IMG/VR virus record: IMGVR_UViG_3300030117_004591
Coordinates: 1-50,384 of that record
DNA length: 50,384 nucleotides
Origin: a virus
Lineage: Duplodnaviria > Caudoviricetes
Direction: 5' to 3' (one strand)
Shown piece after piece: positions 36,177 through 44,408 of this stretch. Position numbers and translations under genes: made by a program. Under the pieces are notes generated by a model, which saw only the letters and a list, made by a program, of their open reading frames with translations, had not been told where the DNA came from and searched no databases. The number at the start of each line of letters is the position of its first letter. The stretch's first letter is position 1.

Positions 36177-36351
36177 AAAAGAGAGCCAATAACTGGTCCT
36201 CCTGTAAAGTTTTCCCACAAAACTATAGATGGGATGGAAACAAAGACACAAGCATAGTCTTTACAGGGAAAATAAGTCCTACCGATAGAACATTATATTT
36301 ACGAATATAAGTTACTATTTTAAGGCAAAGGAATATGTGAGGCTCTCTTTT
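36177..36351 (+). ncRNA. Multi-branch structured RNA between the SSB gene and the primase operon
   Basis: 11-bp closing stem AAAAGAGAGCC/GGCTCTCTTTT; CCTGTAAAG/CTTTACAGG; TTATATT-TACG-AATATAA hairpin. Confidence 0.7.
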
Positions 36352-36369
36352 ACAACCAGAGGAGACCCA

Positions 36370-36639
36370 ATGTACGGATTACCAAAGAAACAGAAATATA
36401 CAGTCAGGAATCATATAACAGACTTTTTAAAAATGAAATTAATGCAAAATACTAAATTCTACACACATGACATTCAAAACCTATCTAATGCATGGTTTGC
36501 ACGTTTTAATCACAGATTAGGTAGCACTGAAACTTATACTAGAGAATTTAGAAGAATGAGATTAGATGAAATTATAGAAGTTGAAAAACTAAATAGAGTT
36601 AATAAAGAACAGCTCTGGAGGATAAAAGGAATTAAATGA
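36370..36639 (+). CDS. Probable winged-helix DNA-binding protein
   Basis: ATG at 36370 after GAGGAG; STETYTREFRRMR recognition-helix-like segment followed by a beta hairpin. Confidence 0.55.
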   Translation: MYGLPKKQKYTVRNHITDFLKMKLMQNTKFYTHDIQNLSNAWFARFNHRLGSTETYTREFRRMRLDEIIEVEKLNRVNKEQLWRIKGIK

Positions 36640-38369
36640 TAAAAGAATACGCTTTTGGCTTAGCAAATAGACATCATTTTGGAGATATATCTGAATTAGA
36701 TAATTGGGCAGGAATGGCTCAAGATACATTTATGTCTTTGTGGGATTATGATGGGCATGTTGTTGAGTATGTTAAAGAAAAGAAAACTTTATCTAGTTAC
36801 GATGGAATATTATATATGCCAGACGAGTTTATATTAGATGTAGACGGCACTAATCCAGAAAATGCAAAACAAAAAGCTATTGGCTTAACTATATTGTTAG
36901 ACGATTTATGCATACCATATCAGCCATACTTTTCTGGCACAGGATTTCATTTAGGAATACCTGGTCAAGCGTTTAGATGGAAACCGTGTCCAGATTTGCA
37001 TTTAAAAGTAAAAGAAGAACTCATGTCTAAAGGCATATACGAATATGCAGATTCATCTGTATCAGATAAGACAAGACTTATTAGAGTAGTAAATACATTA
37101 AATAGTAAATCTAAATTATGGAAAATACCGTTAAGTAAAGCTGAATTAAATGGCTCTATTGAAGAAATTCAAAAGCTAGCATCAGGTAAAAGACATAATT
37201 ATGAATGGATTACATTAGAATGTGAGCCCGCATTTGATGTATTAAAAAGAAAAACTAAAGGCAGTGATAAGAAATTTGAAACTGTAACTTTAGGTAGAAA
37301 TCCTGATCCTGTATGGTATCCATGTATCCAAAAGATGTTAGACGGCAGTCCTCAAGGTTCTAGGCATCAATTGGCTCTACGGATAGCTGCACACTTAAGA
37401 TGGAGGTATCCAGAACATGTAGTTAGAATTATCATGGAAGATTGGAGGCAAAGAGTTGATATTAAATCTCATCCGTTTAGCAAAAATGAGATGGATAAAA
37501 TAGTAACTGATTGCTATGAAGGTCATAATGGTAACGGCTATAATTATGGTTGCAGCGATGTTTGGATGGATAAAAACTGTCAATCTACTTGTAGGTTGTA
37601 TAAAGCTAAAGCTTCTCAAAATACTATGGATGCAGCAAGTATGGAAAAAGAACTTGTTGAGTTTCTTACTAGGGACCACAATCCAATTAATATAGGCGAA
37701 GCTTATGGTGGTGATTATCCTGTGTATCCAGGTGAAGTGGTTATCATACAGGCTCCTCCTAAATCTATGAAGACTATGTTATTGCAAAATTGGGTAAATA
37801 CCTTTAAGCGTAACACATATTTCTTAGAAATGGAGATGAGTCCAAGACAAATGTGGATGAGATTTGTTATGATAAATAATAAATGGAACGAAGAGCAATT
37901 AAAAGAGTATTACAGTCAGTATTCTAACGGAATCAGCAAAGACTTTGACTGGCTAACCGTAGATTACAGTAGTTGTTTTGCTCATGAATTGCAAAAGCGT
38001 ATACAAATGCTTCCTCAGAAACCTGAGATAGTAGTTGTAGACCACATGGGCTTGTTTAAAAGCAAGAGAACAGATAATAATATGAAAGTAGAGGAGGTTT
38101 CTCAGTCATTAATGGAGCTTGCTATACATAATAATATTATTGTATTTGCTGTATCTGAGATAACTAAATCAGCTTATAACGAAGGAATGAATATTGCGTC
38201 AGCAAAAGGCTCGTTTCGTATTGCTTATAATGCTAATAAAGTTATATCTATAACACCATTTAAAGATAGTGATAATCTTATACAAATGTTGAAAGTAGAG
38301 AGTACAGCTAATAGAGAGAAAGAAAATCTTGATGTTCAGCTTAATGTTAAGGGAGCTATTATAGGATGA
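36636..38369 (+). CDS. Primase-helicase fusion (AEP primase/PrimPol + Cys-rich PriL-like region + RecA/DnaB-like ATPase)
   Basis: AEP motifs ILDVD, FSGTGFH and D...SDKTRLIR; YPCI...GC....NC...C; degenerate Walker A APPKSMKT; Walker B VVVDH. Confidence 0.85.
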   Translation: MIKEYAFGLANRHHFGDISELDNWAGMAQDTFMSLWDYDGHVVEYVKEKKTLSSYDGILYMPDEFILDVDGTNPENAKQKAIGLTILLDDLCIPYQPYFSGTGFHLGIPGQAFRWKPCPDLHLKVKEELMSKGIYEYADSSVSDKTRLIRVVNTLNSKSKLWKIPLSKAELNGSIEEIQKLASGKRHNYEWITLECEPAFDVLKRKTKGSDKKFETVTLGRNPDPVWYPCIQKMLDGSPQGSRHQLALRIAAHLRWRYPEHVVRIIMEDWRQRVDIKSHPFSKNEMDKIVTDCYEGHNGNGYNYGCSDVWMDKNCQSTCRLYKAKASQNTMDAASMEKELVEFLTRDHNPINIGEAYGGDYPVYPGEVVIIQAPPKSMKTMLLQNWVNTFKRNTYFLEMEMSPRQMWMRFVMINNKWNEEQLKEYYSQYSNGISKDFDWLTVDYSSCFAHELQKRIQMLPQKPEIVVVDHMGLFKSKRTDNNMKVEEVSQSLMELAIHNNIIVFAVSEITKSAYNEGMNIASAKGSFRIAYNANKVISITPFKDSDNLIQMLKVESTANREKENLDVQLNVKGAIIG

Positions 38370-38566
38370 AAAACATACTATATAAAGTAAATAATATAGT
38401 AAGGTACACTTTATGTGGCAGTTGTGAAAAGGGAATTGAATGGGAGTATGAATTAGATCATGCTCCTAATCATTCCTTGTGCTACTGTATACATGAAAGC
38501 TATCCAAATTTAATTAAACAGTTTATAAAACGAAAAATAAGGAGAAAGGATGAACCCATATTCTGA
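38366..38566 (+). CDS. Small Cys-containing hypothetical protein
   Basis: CGSC...CYC; ATGA overlap with the previous gene. Confidence 0.65.
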   Translation: MKNILYKVNNIVRYTLCGSCEKGIEWEYELDHAPNHSLCYCIHESYPNLIKQFIKRKIRRKDEPIF

Positions 38567-39341
38567 TATAAGAAAAGTACCTCTTGATTACCAAGGGATA
38601 CAATCAAATGCTTATTCTGTGCAAAGACAGGATATAGATAAAGAAGGGCAATTTAAATGGAAGGAAGTAGGTACAGTTAGCAATAACTATCTACTTATCG
38701 ACAATGCTAGAGTAAGAAATATGGCTGAAGAAATAGCTACTAATTCTAATTTAAACATGGAAGAAGAGAAAACATTCTTTGATGGTAGAAGATATGCTAT
38801 AAGCTATATAGCTAGAGATAATAGTATTGGAGAAGTTGCTCCTGGTGATCCCGTAGCTATTGGATTCCAAATGTGGAATAGTTATGATGGTAGCACATCT
38901 TTAGGATTTAAAATGATGATATATAGACTTGTTTGTACTAATGGTATGATGAGTCACGATGTATTAAATAAATATAGATTCAGACATAGTCCTGATAGTG
39001 AAAACTGGGAAGAAGAGCTAGAGAAAGTATCTGGTATTCTTCAGGCTGGTGGTGAAGGTAGACATAGTTCAGTTAATCAGATGATATCTAGCTTCAAAAG
39101 ATTAAATACAGCTCAAGTTGATGTAAATGAATTAAGTGATATAAGATTTAATCACTTAGATAACATTCCTACGGGAACTTGGGGATCTGTAGTAGATAGA
39201 TTTCTAACTAAAGGTAATTCTGGATGGGATCTATTGAATGCAGCAACAGATGAATTATGGCATAAAGAAAAGCCGACAGTTGCATCATACAATCATAATG
39301 CTACAATAGTAGATGGATTGTGTAACTGGGTAGCAGCATAA
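38550..39341 (+). CDS. DUF932 (LGT_TIGR03299-like) family protein
   Basis: VGTVSNNY.L..N, NSYDGSTS...YRLVCTNGM...RH, W.LLNAAT. Confidence 0.88.
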   Translation: MNPYSDIRKVPLDYQGIQSNAYSVQRQDIDKEGQFKWKEVGTVSNNYLLIDNARVRNMAEEIATNSNLNMEEEKTFFDGRRYAISYIARDNSIGEVAPGDPVAIGFQMWNSYDGSTSLGFKMMIYRLVCTNGMMSHDVLNKYRFRHSPDSENWEEELEKVSGILQAGGEGRHSSVNQMISSFKRLNTAQVDVNELSDIRFNHLDNIPTGTWGSVVDRFLTKGNSGWDLLNAATDELWHKEKPTVASYNHNATIVDGLCNWVAA

Positions 39342-39344
39342 AAT

Positions 39345-39745
39345 TATAGGTGTCTACGAGCGTAAAACATAATCCCAAGGGTATCCAAGCGTGCATGTAC
39401 GGAGTGAATCCAATGGGCGGTGTGAATAATTAATAGAGTCCGCAGGTGATGCATCAGTCATTTAATTGGCAGCCAATAAAGTAACATAACGGTAACTGTT
39501 ACACGTTAATTATTCAACCTGACGAGGTTATAGAGACATAAGAGAGGGAAACTAATAGCTGTGCTCAGCTCTCACCTATATTGAATTGCTGTCCCATGGC
39601 GATAGTATTTGAAGACTAGGCTACAATGTATAAATCCGATGTCGGCTCATTGCGAGAGACTAGGAGGGCAGCAATAGAATTGTGGAGGCCTGAAGAATTT
39701 TTCGTTGAAAATGACGACAAGATATGCTAACTTTAGGCCTCTGCA
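39345..39745 (+). ncRNA. Three tandem structured RNA domains
   Basis: Closing stems TATAGGTG/CACCTATA (39345-39580), ATTGCTGTCC/GGGCAGCAAT (39585-39675) and a 15-bp TGTGGAGGCCTGAAG/CTTTAGGCCTCTGCA (39681-39745). Confidence 0.7.
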
Positions 39746-39763
39746 TTAACTTTGGAGGGATTA

Positions 39764-39886
39764 ATGAGTAAAGTCGAAAAAAATAGACTTAAAAAGCAAA
39801 TTCTAAGGCTAATTAAGAAAAAAAGAAATAGAGAAGCTGGGCTATTAATTCAAAGGTACAAAAGTAAGTACGGAGAACTAAGCTAA
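39764..39886 (+). CDS. Small basic protein (40 aa)
   Basis: GGAGG RBS; TAATG overlap with the next gene. Confidence 0.7.
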   Translation: MSKVEKNRLKKQILRLIKKKRNREAGLLIQRYKSKYGELS

Positions 39887-40155
39887 TGAAAGAAATAAGT
39901 AAAGGATTTCTTAGAAAAGACACTAAAGCATATAGACCAGATAAGGAAACTGGTAAATGGAGAGGTGTTGAAACTAAAAATGGTCAGTTTGCTACTATAA
40001 AGCCTGGCTGGTTTGGAGAATTGACCATAAATAAAAAATCACATAAAATAGAAATATGGGCTTTCAATACAAAATGGGGAGCTCAAAGTTTGTTTTACAA
40101 AATAACTGAAAATACAGATAAAAAGGAGGATTATGACAGATCATCAGAGTTCTGA
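39886..40155 (+). CDS. Hypothetical protein (89 aa)
   Basis: GGAG RBS; beta-rich. Confidence 0.8.
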   Translation: MKEISKGFLRKDTKAYRPDKETGKWRGVETKNGQFATIKPGWFGELTINKKSHKIEIWAFNTKWGAQSLFYKITENTDKKEDYDRSSEF

Positions 40156-40480
40156 ATATCAAATTGAAGTACGATATCCTAAAACTTTAAATAAGTTTAA
40201 GCAAATTCAAAAAGAGCAATTAGAATTGTTCTGTAAAAAGCAATTAGATTATGGTCCAAGTAATATAGGTCTAGGAAAATCAAAACCTGAAAAACCTGAA
40301 GATATAAGGCTATCAGCAATGGGGCTAGGTATACGTATGCAAGATAAAATATCTCGCTTTTTAAACCTGTCTATGAACGATAAAGAGCCTAATAATGAAA
40401 GCTTAGATGATACTTTAATAGATATAGCTAATTATGCTATAATGGGTTTAATAGTTAGAAACAAAAAATGGGGGAAATAA
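40133..40480 (+). CDS. DUF1599 / nucleotide-modification-associated domain protein
   Basis: LFCKKQLDYG..NI...IRMQDKISR..NL...ESLDDTLIDIANYAIM. Confidence 0.88.
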   Translation: MTDHQSSEYQIEVRYPKTLNKFKQIQKEQLELFCKKQLDYGPSNIGLGKSKPEKPEDIRLSAMGLGIRMQDKISRFLNLSMNDKEPNNESLDDTLIDIANYAIMGLIVRNKKWGK

Positions 40481-40659
40481 TGCCTACAAAAAAGAAAGAA
40501 AGCGAAAAAGCAGTAAAACAGTCTAAAAAAATAGACTATAAAATATCTAAAGAAGATATGGATAAGTTGTATGATGTTATAAATGAAATGCAAGAAAACT
40601 TAAACTATGTAAATGATAAGCTTGCAAGAATAATAGATAGGATGGGTTTAAACATATGA
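40480..40659 (+). CDS. Small coiled-coil protein
   Basis: ATG at 40480 in a TAATG overlap. Confidence 0.75.
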   Translation: MPTKKKESEKAVKQSKKIDYKISKEDMDKLYDVINEMQENLNYVNDKLARIIDRMGLNI

Positions 40660-40934
40660 AAAATAAACAAACAAGAAAACCTACAAATCTCGAATTAAAA
40701 ACAGCAATAAACAATCTTATTATGGAATTGGGCTATATACAGCAAGGAATGCGAAATTTAGATTCTATAGTTTCTGCTTATATAGACTATAATGAAGATA
40801 CAAATAAGTTTAAAGAATGGTTAAAAGCAAAATATAACGAGGAGAAGAATGAACCAAACACAGAAAACACTACAAAGAGCTCTAAAGGAGATTCACAAGC
40901 TAAAGTCAGAAATATCAAATCTAAAAAAGCATAA
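40656..40934 (+). CDS. Hypothetical protein (92 aa)
   Basis: ATGA overlap; KPT..EL motif. Confidence 0.75.
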   Translation: MKNKQTRKPTNLELKTAINNLIMELGYIQQGMRNLDSIVSAYIDYNEDTNKFKEWLKAKYNEEKNEPNTENTTKSSKGDSQAKVRNIKSKKA

Positions 40935-41079
40935 AGCCGAAGAAGTTGTTCCAATAATAGATTCTAAGAATCTTGTAAAATCTAGAGTAGATGAAATATG
41001 CTCAGATAGAGAAAAAGCTTTAGAAAGACTTTCAATTAAATTATTTGGGAGGGTCTATGCCAAGCAAGAGCAAAACTAA
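40849..41079 (+). CDS. Hypothetical coiled-coil protein (76 aa)
   Basis: GAGGAG RBS. Confidence 0.7.
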   Translation: MNQTQKTLQRALKEIHKLKSEISNLKKHKAEEVVPIIDSKNLVKSRVDEICSDREKALERLSIKLFGRVYAKQEQN

Positions 41080-41374
41080 AGGAAATACATTTGAAAGATT
41101 AATAGTAAATAAGGCTAAAGATCTTGGTCTTAAAGCTAAAAGAGCTTGGGGGTCTAACGGTCAATCTATAGGTTGGCACGAAGAAGTAGATGTTCTTATA
41201 GATGAGCACTTTACAATACAAGCTAAATGTCGTAAAAAATTAGCAGACTTTTTAATTCCTAGCGAACATGTTGACTCGGTAGTATTCAAACAAGATAGAG
41301 GTGAAACTTTGATATTATTAAGGTTTGACGATTTCTTAAAAAATCATTACATGAAACCAAGGAGTAAAAAATGA
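41057..41374 (+). CDS. Holliday junction resolvase (archaeal Hjc-like PD-(D/E)xK nuclease)
   Basis: SKTKGNTFER...EVDVLI...IQAK; ATG at 41057 after GGAGG. Confidence 0.85.
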   Translation: MPSKSKTKGNTFERLIVNKAKDLGLKAKRAWGSNGQSIGWHEEVDVLIDEHFTIQAKCRKKLADFLIPSEHVDSVVFKQDRGETLILLRFDDFLKNHYMKPRSKK

Positions 41375-41559
41375 AATATGGAAACAATATGGCAGGAATG
41401 ACATGGAGCAAAGGATATAAAGCCTTATGGCTGTATCCTATAGGTTTTGAAGTATTTAATAATCCTGATATGGATTTATTTGAAATAAGCTTCATAATAC
41501 AACCTCTTGCATTTTCATTCAACATAAGGTCTAATATTACACTATTTAGAAACGACTAA
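41371..41559 (+). CDS. Hypothetical protein (62 aa), last plus-strand gene
   Basis: AAGGAG RBS. Confidence 0.65.
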   Translation: MKYGNNMAGMTWSKGYKALWLYPIGFEVFNNPDMDLFEISFIIQPLAFSFNIRSNITLFRND

Positions 41560-41566
41560 AAAATAT

Positions 41567-41616
41567 GGCGTAGGTAGTTCCTATATTAATTTAAAACTAC
41601 TATCTGCGCCTATTTT
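41567..41616 (+). terminator. Stem-loop at the convergence of the two gene blocks
   Basis: 12-bp stem GGCGTAGGTAGT/ACTATCTGCGCC followed by TATTTT; an A-rich tract lies on the other side. Confidence 0.65.
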
Positions 41617-44390
41617 GAAAGCCCTTCTAATATTTTAAGAGAGTTTTCAAGGTTAGGATGAATCCCTTTTAATGTTTCTTTAGACCTTCCTTTTTTGAGA
41701 CTAGGTGTGTATCTCTTCTTTTTTGGTACTCCTGGCATATAACGTCTAGCTTCTTTAGTCCACCAAGAAGGATAAAGTTTAAATGTATGTGTAGCAAAAT
41801 CTCTTCCCAAACTACCTCTTTTATAAGAAGGATAATAGTTGTTTTTAATAGCACCCCACTCTGTACTTAATTGATAAGCTTTATATCTTTCTGTAAGTTC
41901 ATCTCCAGGATCTGCATAGTCTACATTACCAAATAAAATTTTATTTAAAGTTGAATTATCTATATCAATAATACCACCGACTATTCCAAAATATTTCAAC
42001 ATACCTAAAGTTGGACCTGTAAATTCAGACATAAGTCCAAATGTTCCTTTTTGAGGCTCATCGTATTCTGTGAGGTCAGAATATATTCTTTGAACTCTAT
42101 TTATAGATTCGTTTTCAATTATATTAAATAAATTAGTATTAAATATAACCCCAAATAAAGCTATTAAAGATGATGCGCCAGCATAACGTAATGCATATTG
42201 AATTTCTTCAGAATCCATCCCTTGTTTAGCTCTCATAGATTTAATAATACCTTTAAATGCCGAATAATGAGTTTCTGCTAACGACATAGGATAGTGAAGT
42301 AAGTGAAAAGCTACTTCAGACATTCCACCAGTAACTCCATGCTTTAATTTTTTTGCTATAACTCCACCACCTTCAAGTTGTTCTACGGTCTTCCACTGAC
42401 CTCTTACCATTTTAGATTTAGCATGAGCAGCATATTCATATGCAAATCCATTTACCATGTTTAATGCAAAATTCCTAGCAAACGCTTCAGATTTAGCCTC
42501 TCCGTATCCATTTTCTGTGAGCCATTTATATTTTTTATGAAAAGCCGTTCTAAACATCTGTCTACGCTGAAAGTTCTCAGTAATTCTATGTAGTATTAAA
42601 GCTTTGTCTAATAAAAAATTACCAGCATTACCAGCCACATCTCTAACTTTTGTCCAAGTAGTTTCATCCTGACCTTTAAACTCCATTTGACCTGTTTTTT
42701 CATTAAACCTAACTTCACCAAAATCTCTTTGGTTTTTTGTAATAATACCTTCTGCATAAAGCTCTGTAGCGGCAGTTTTTGTAAACTTAAACCCTGCTCT
42801 ATTCTCAACTCTTTCCATAACTTTAGCAAATTCTGGATCTGAGGTCATGTCACGAATTTGATCTGCACCAGCTTTAAAGCCTATTCTACTATAAAAGTGT
42901 ATTGCACTTAAAGCATTTTTAGTAGCACCTGTTATATTTAAACCCATAGTTCTTGCAGTCTGGAAAGCATTTAACGTTCTTACAGTATTATTAACCCATT
43001 CAGGTCTTACTGAAGTTCCTTGCGTAAAAACTGTATACTCTTCATCTATAAAGCGTTTCATTCCTTTTGCAAACTCTATACTAGTTGCAGCATTACCCAA
43101 GCCTTTCATAGCATTTAAGTAAGAGAGCTGAGTGTATATTAGCTTATTAAAAGATTGAGCTTGATTTCCATATTCAGATAAAACTAGTAAAGGGTCTTTT
43201 TCCCAGTAAAAATCTATATCAGACCTTTTTTTAGCATGTCTTGGAATCCAGTCCTTTTTAATAAGTATATTTTCCATAATACTTGTAAAATTGGACTCAG
43301 TGTTCCCTATTGCAGATTCAAAAGCTTTACTTAAATGAGCCTTAATTGCTGTCATGCTTTGAAAATCCATATGAGGAAAATATCCTTGATTAGAATCAGG
43401 GCGCATAGATATAGTCATGTCTTGAATAGAATCGTCTATTTTCTTAATAATACTAGCAGCTCTTTTATTTAAAAGCGAAGCTTTAGATACATCGCTAATT
43501 CCTGTAAATTTCATAGCTACTAATTTCTTAAGACCTTCGAGTCCCCTTACTTGCACTTTACCCATGTCATTTAGTAAAACTCTAGCAATTTTTACAGCTT
43601 CATATACTTGGCTTTGATATAGCATTTTTTTACCAAAATCAGGATTAGGCTTTCCATCTGGCAATACATCTCTATTATCAACCCAATCCTTTTTTCCTGC
43701 AGCATTAAAATCTTTTTGAGACATATGAACAAGCTTTAAGAAATCGCCAACATTACGCCCAGCATCAGTTTTTACAAATCCTTCCATTTGAGCTATAAAT
43801 TCGCCTTGCAATGTTATATTTTCTGGATCTTTTGCAAGACGTGCTCTTATTTCTTCTAGTCTAACTAATTCAGGACTTTTTCTTTTTAAATATTTACCCT
43901 TTACTCTTTCTAATGTAGGGTTTTTAAGCTCATGAGTATTAATATAGGCTTCTAGCATCAAATCTGCTATTTTTGCATTTGATTCTACTATTTTATTAGT
44001 TTGCACACGTTCATAGTCTATTATCTTGTTTAATTCTGTATAAAATCTTCTAGCTGTAGGGTCTTGCTTAGAGATACCTTCTGGAGTATACCATGCTAAA
44101 TTTTTAAATTTACCTTTTAAAGCATTAGCATAATCAGATATTTCTACTTTTGCTCTATTAAAATGGTGCTCAGCTAAAGGCGCATGCTGATTCCAAGGAA
44201 CCTCAAGTCTATACTCCATCAATCTTCCAAATTCTTGATAAGCTATAGCAGCTGATTCATCTGTAAATTTTCCATATTTATCAGCAAACCTATCTCTAAT
44301 AGATTTATGAGATATAAAGTTACCCCAAGCATCGTTTATTTTACCATCACGCCAAACTGCATCTTGACCTACATGATTACATAAAGCCAT
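41610..44390 (-). CDS. Large basic protein, probable internal virion/ejection protein
   Basis: 926 aa directly downstream of the giant gene. GYFPH and TARTMGLN...KN segments recall large ejection proteins, with hydrophobic segments near the C-terminus. Confidence 0.6.
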   Translation of the reverse strand: MALCNHVGQDAVWRDGKINDAWGNFISHKSIRDRFADKYGKFTDESAAIAYQEFGRLMEYRLEVPWNQHAPLAEHHFNRAKVEISDYANALKGKFKNLAWYTPEGISKQDPTARRFYTELNKIIDYERVQTNKIVESNAKIADLMLEAYINTHELKNPTLERVKGKYLKRKSPELVRLEEIRARLAKDPENITLQGEFIAQMEGFVKTDAGRNVGDFLKLVHMSQKDFNAAGKKDWVDNRDVLPDGKPNPDFGKKMLYQSQVYEAVKIARVLLNDMGKVQVRGLEGLKKLVAMKFTGISDVSKASLLNKRAASIIKKIDDSIQDMTISMRPDSNQGYFPHMDFQSMTAIKAHLSKAFESAIGNTESNFTSIMENILIKKDWIPRHAKKRSDIDFYWEKDPLLVLSEYGNQAQSFNKLIYTQLSYLNAMKGLGNAATSIEFAKGMKRFIDEEYTVFTQGTSVRPEWVNNTVRTLNAFQTARTMGLNITGATKNALSAIHFYSRIGFKAGADQIRDMTSDPEFAKVMERVENRAGFKFTKTAATELYAEGIITKNQRDFGEVRFNEKTGQMEFKGQDETTWTKVRDVAGNAGNFLLDKALILHRITENFQRRQMFRTAFHKKYKWLTENGYGEAKSEAFARNFALNMVNGFAYEYAAHAKSKMVRGQWKTVEQLEGGGVIAKKLKHGVTGGMSEVAFHLLHYPMSLAETHYSAFKGIIKSMRAKQGMDSEEIQYALRYAGASSLIALFGVIFNTNLFNIIENESINRVQRIYSDLTEYDEPQKGTFGLMSEFTGPTLGMLKYFGIVGGIIDIDNSTLNKILFGNVDYADPGDELTERYKAYQLSTEWGAIKNNYYPSYKRGSLGRDFATHTFKLYPSWWTKEARRYMPGVPKKKRYTPSLKKGRSKETLKGIHPNLENSLKILEGLSK

Positions 44391-44408
44391 TTATTCCCCT
44401 ACTATTTA

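Noticed and set aside
36190-36280. Twister-like GGTCC...AAGTCC words
   Set aside because: They are separated by a long arm, and I could not build the twister pseudoknots.
39519-39552. Hammerhead ribozyme (CTGACGA...GAAA)
   Set aside because: Stem II is not closed (GAAA is preceded by G, not C), and CTGACGA is better explained within the AACCT/AGGTT hairpin.
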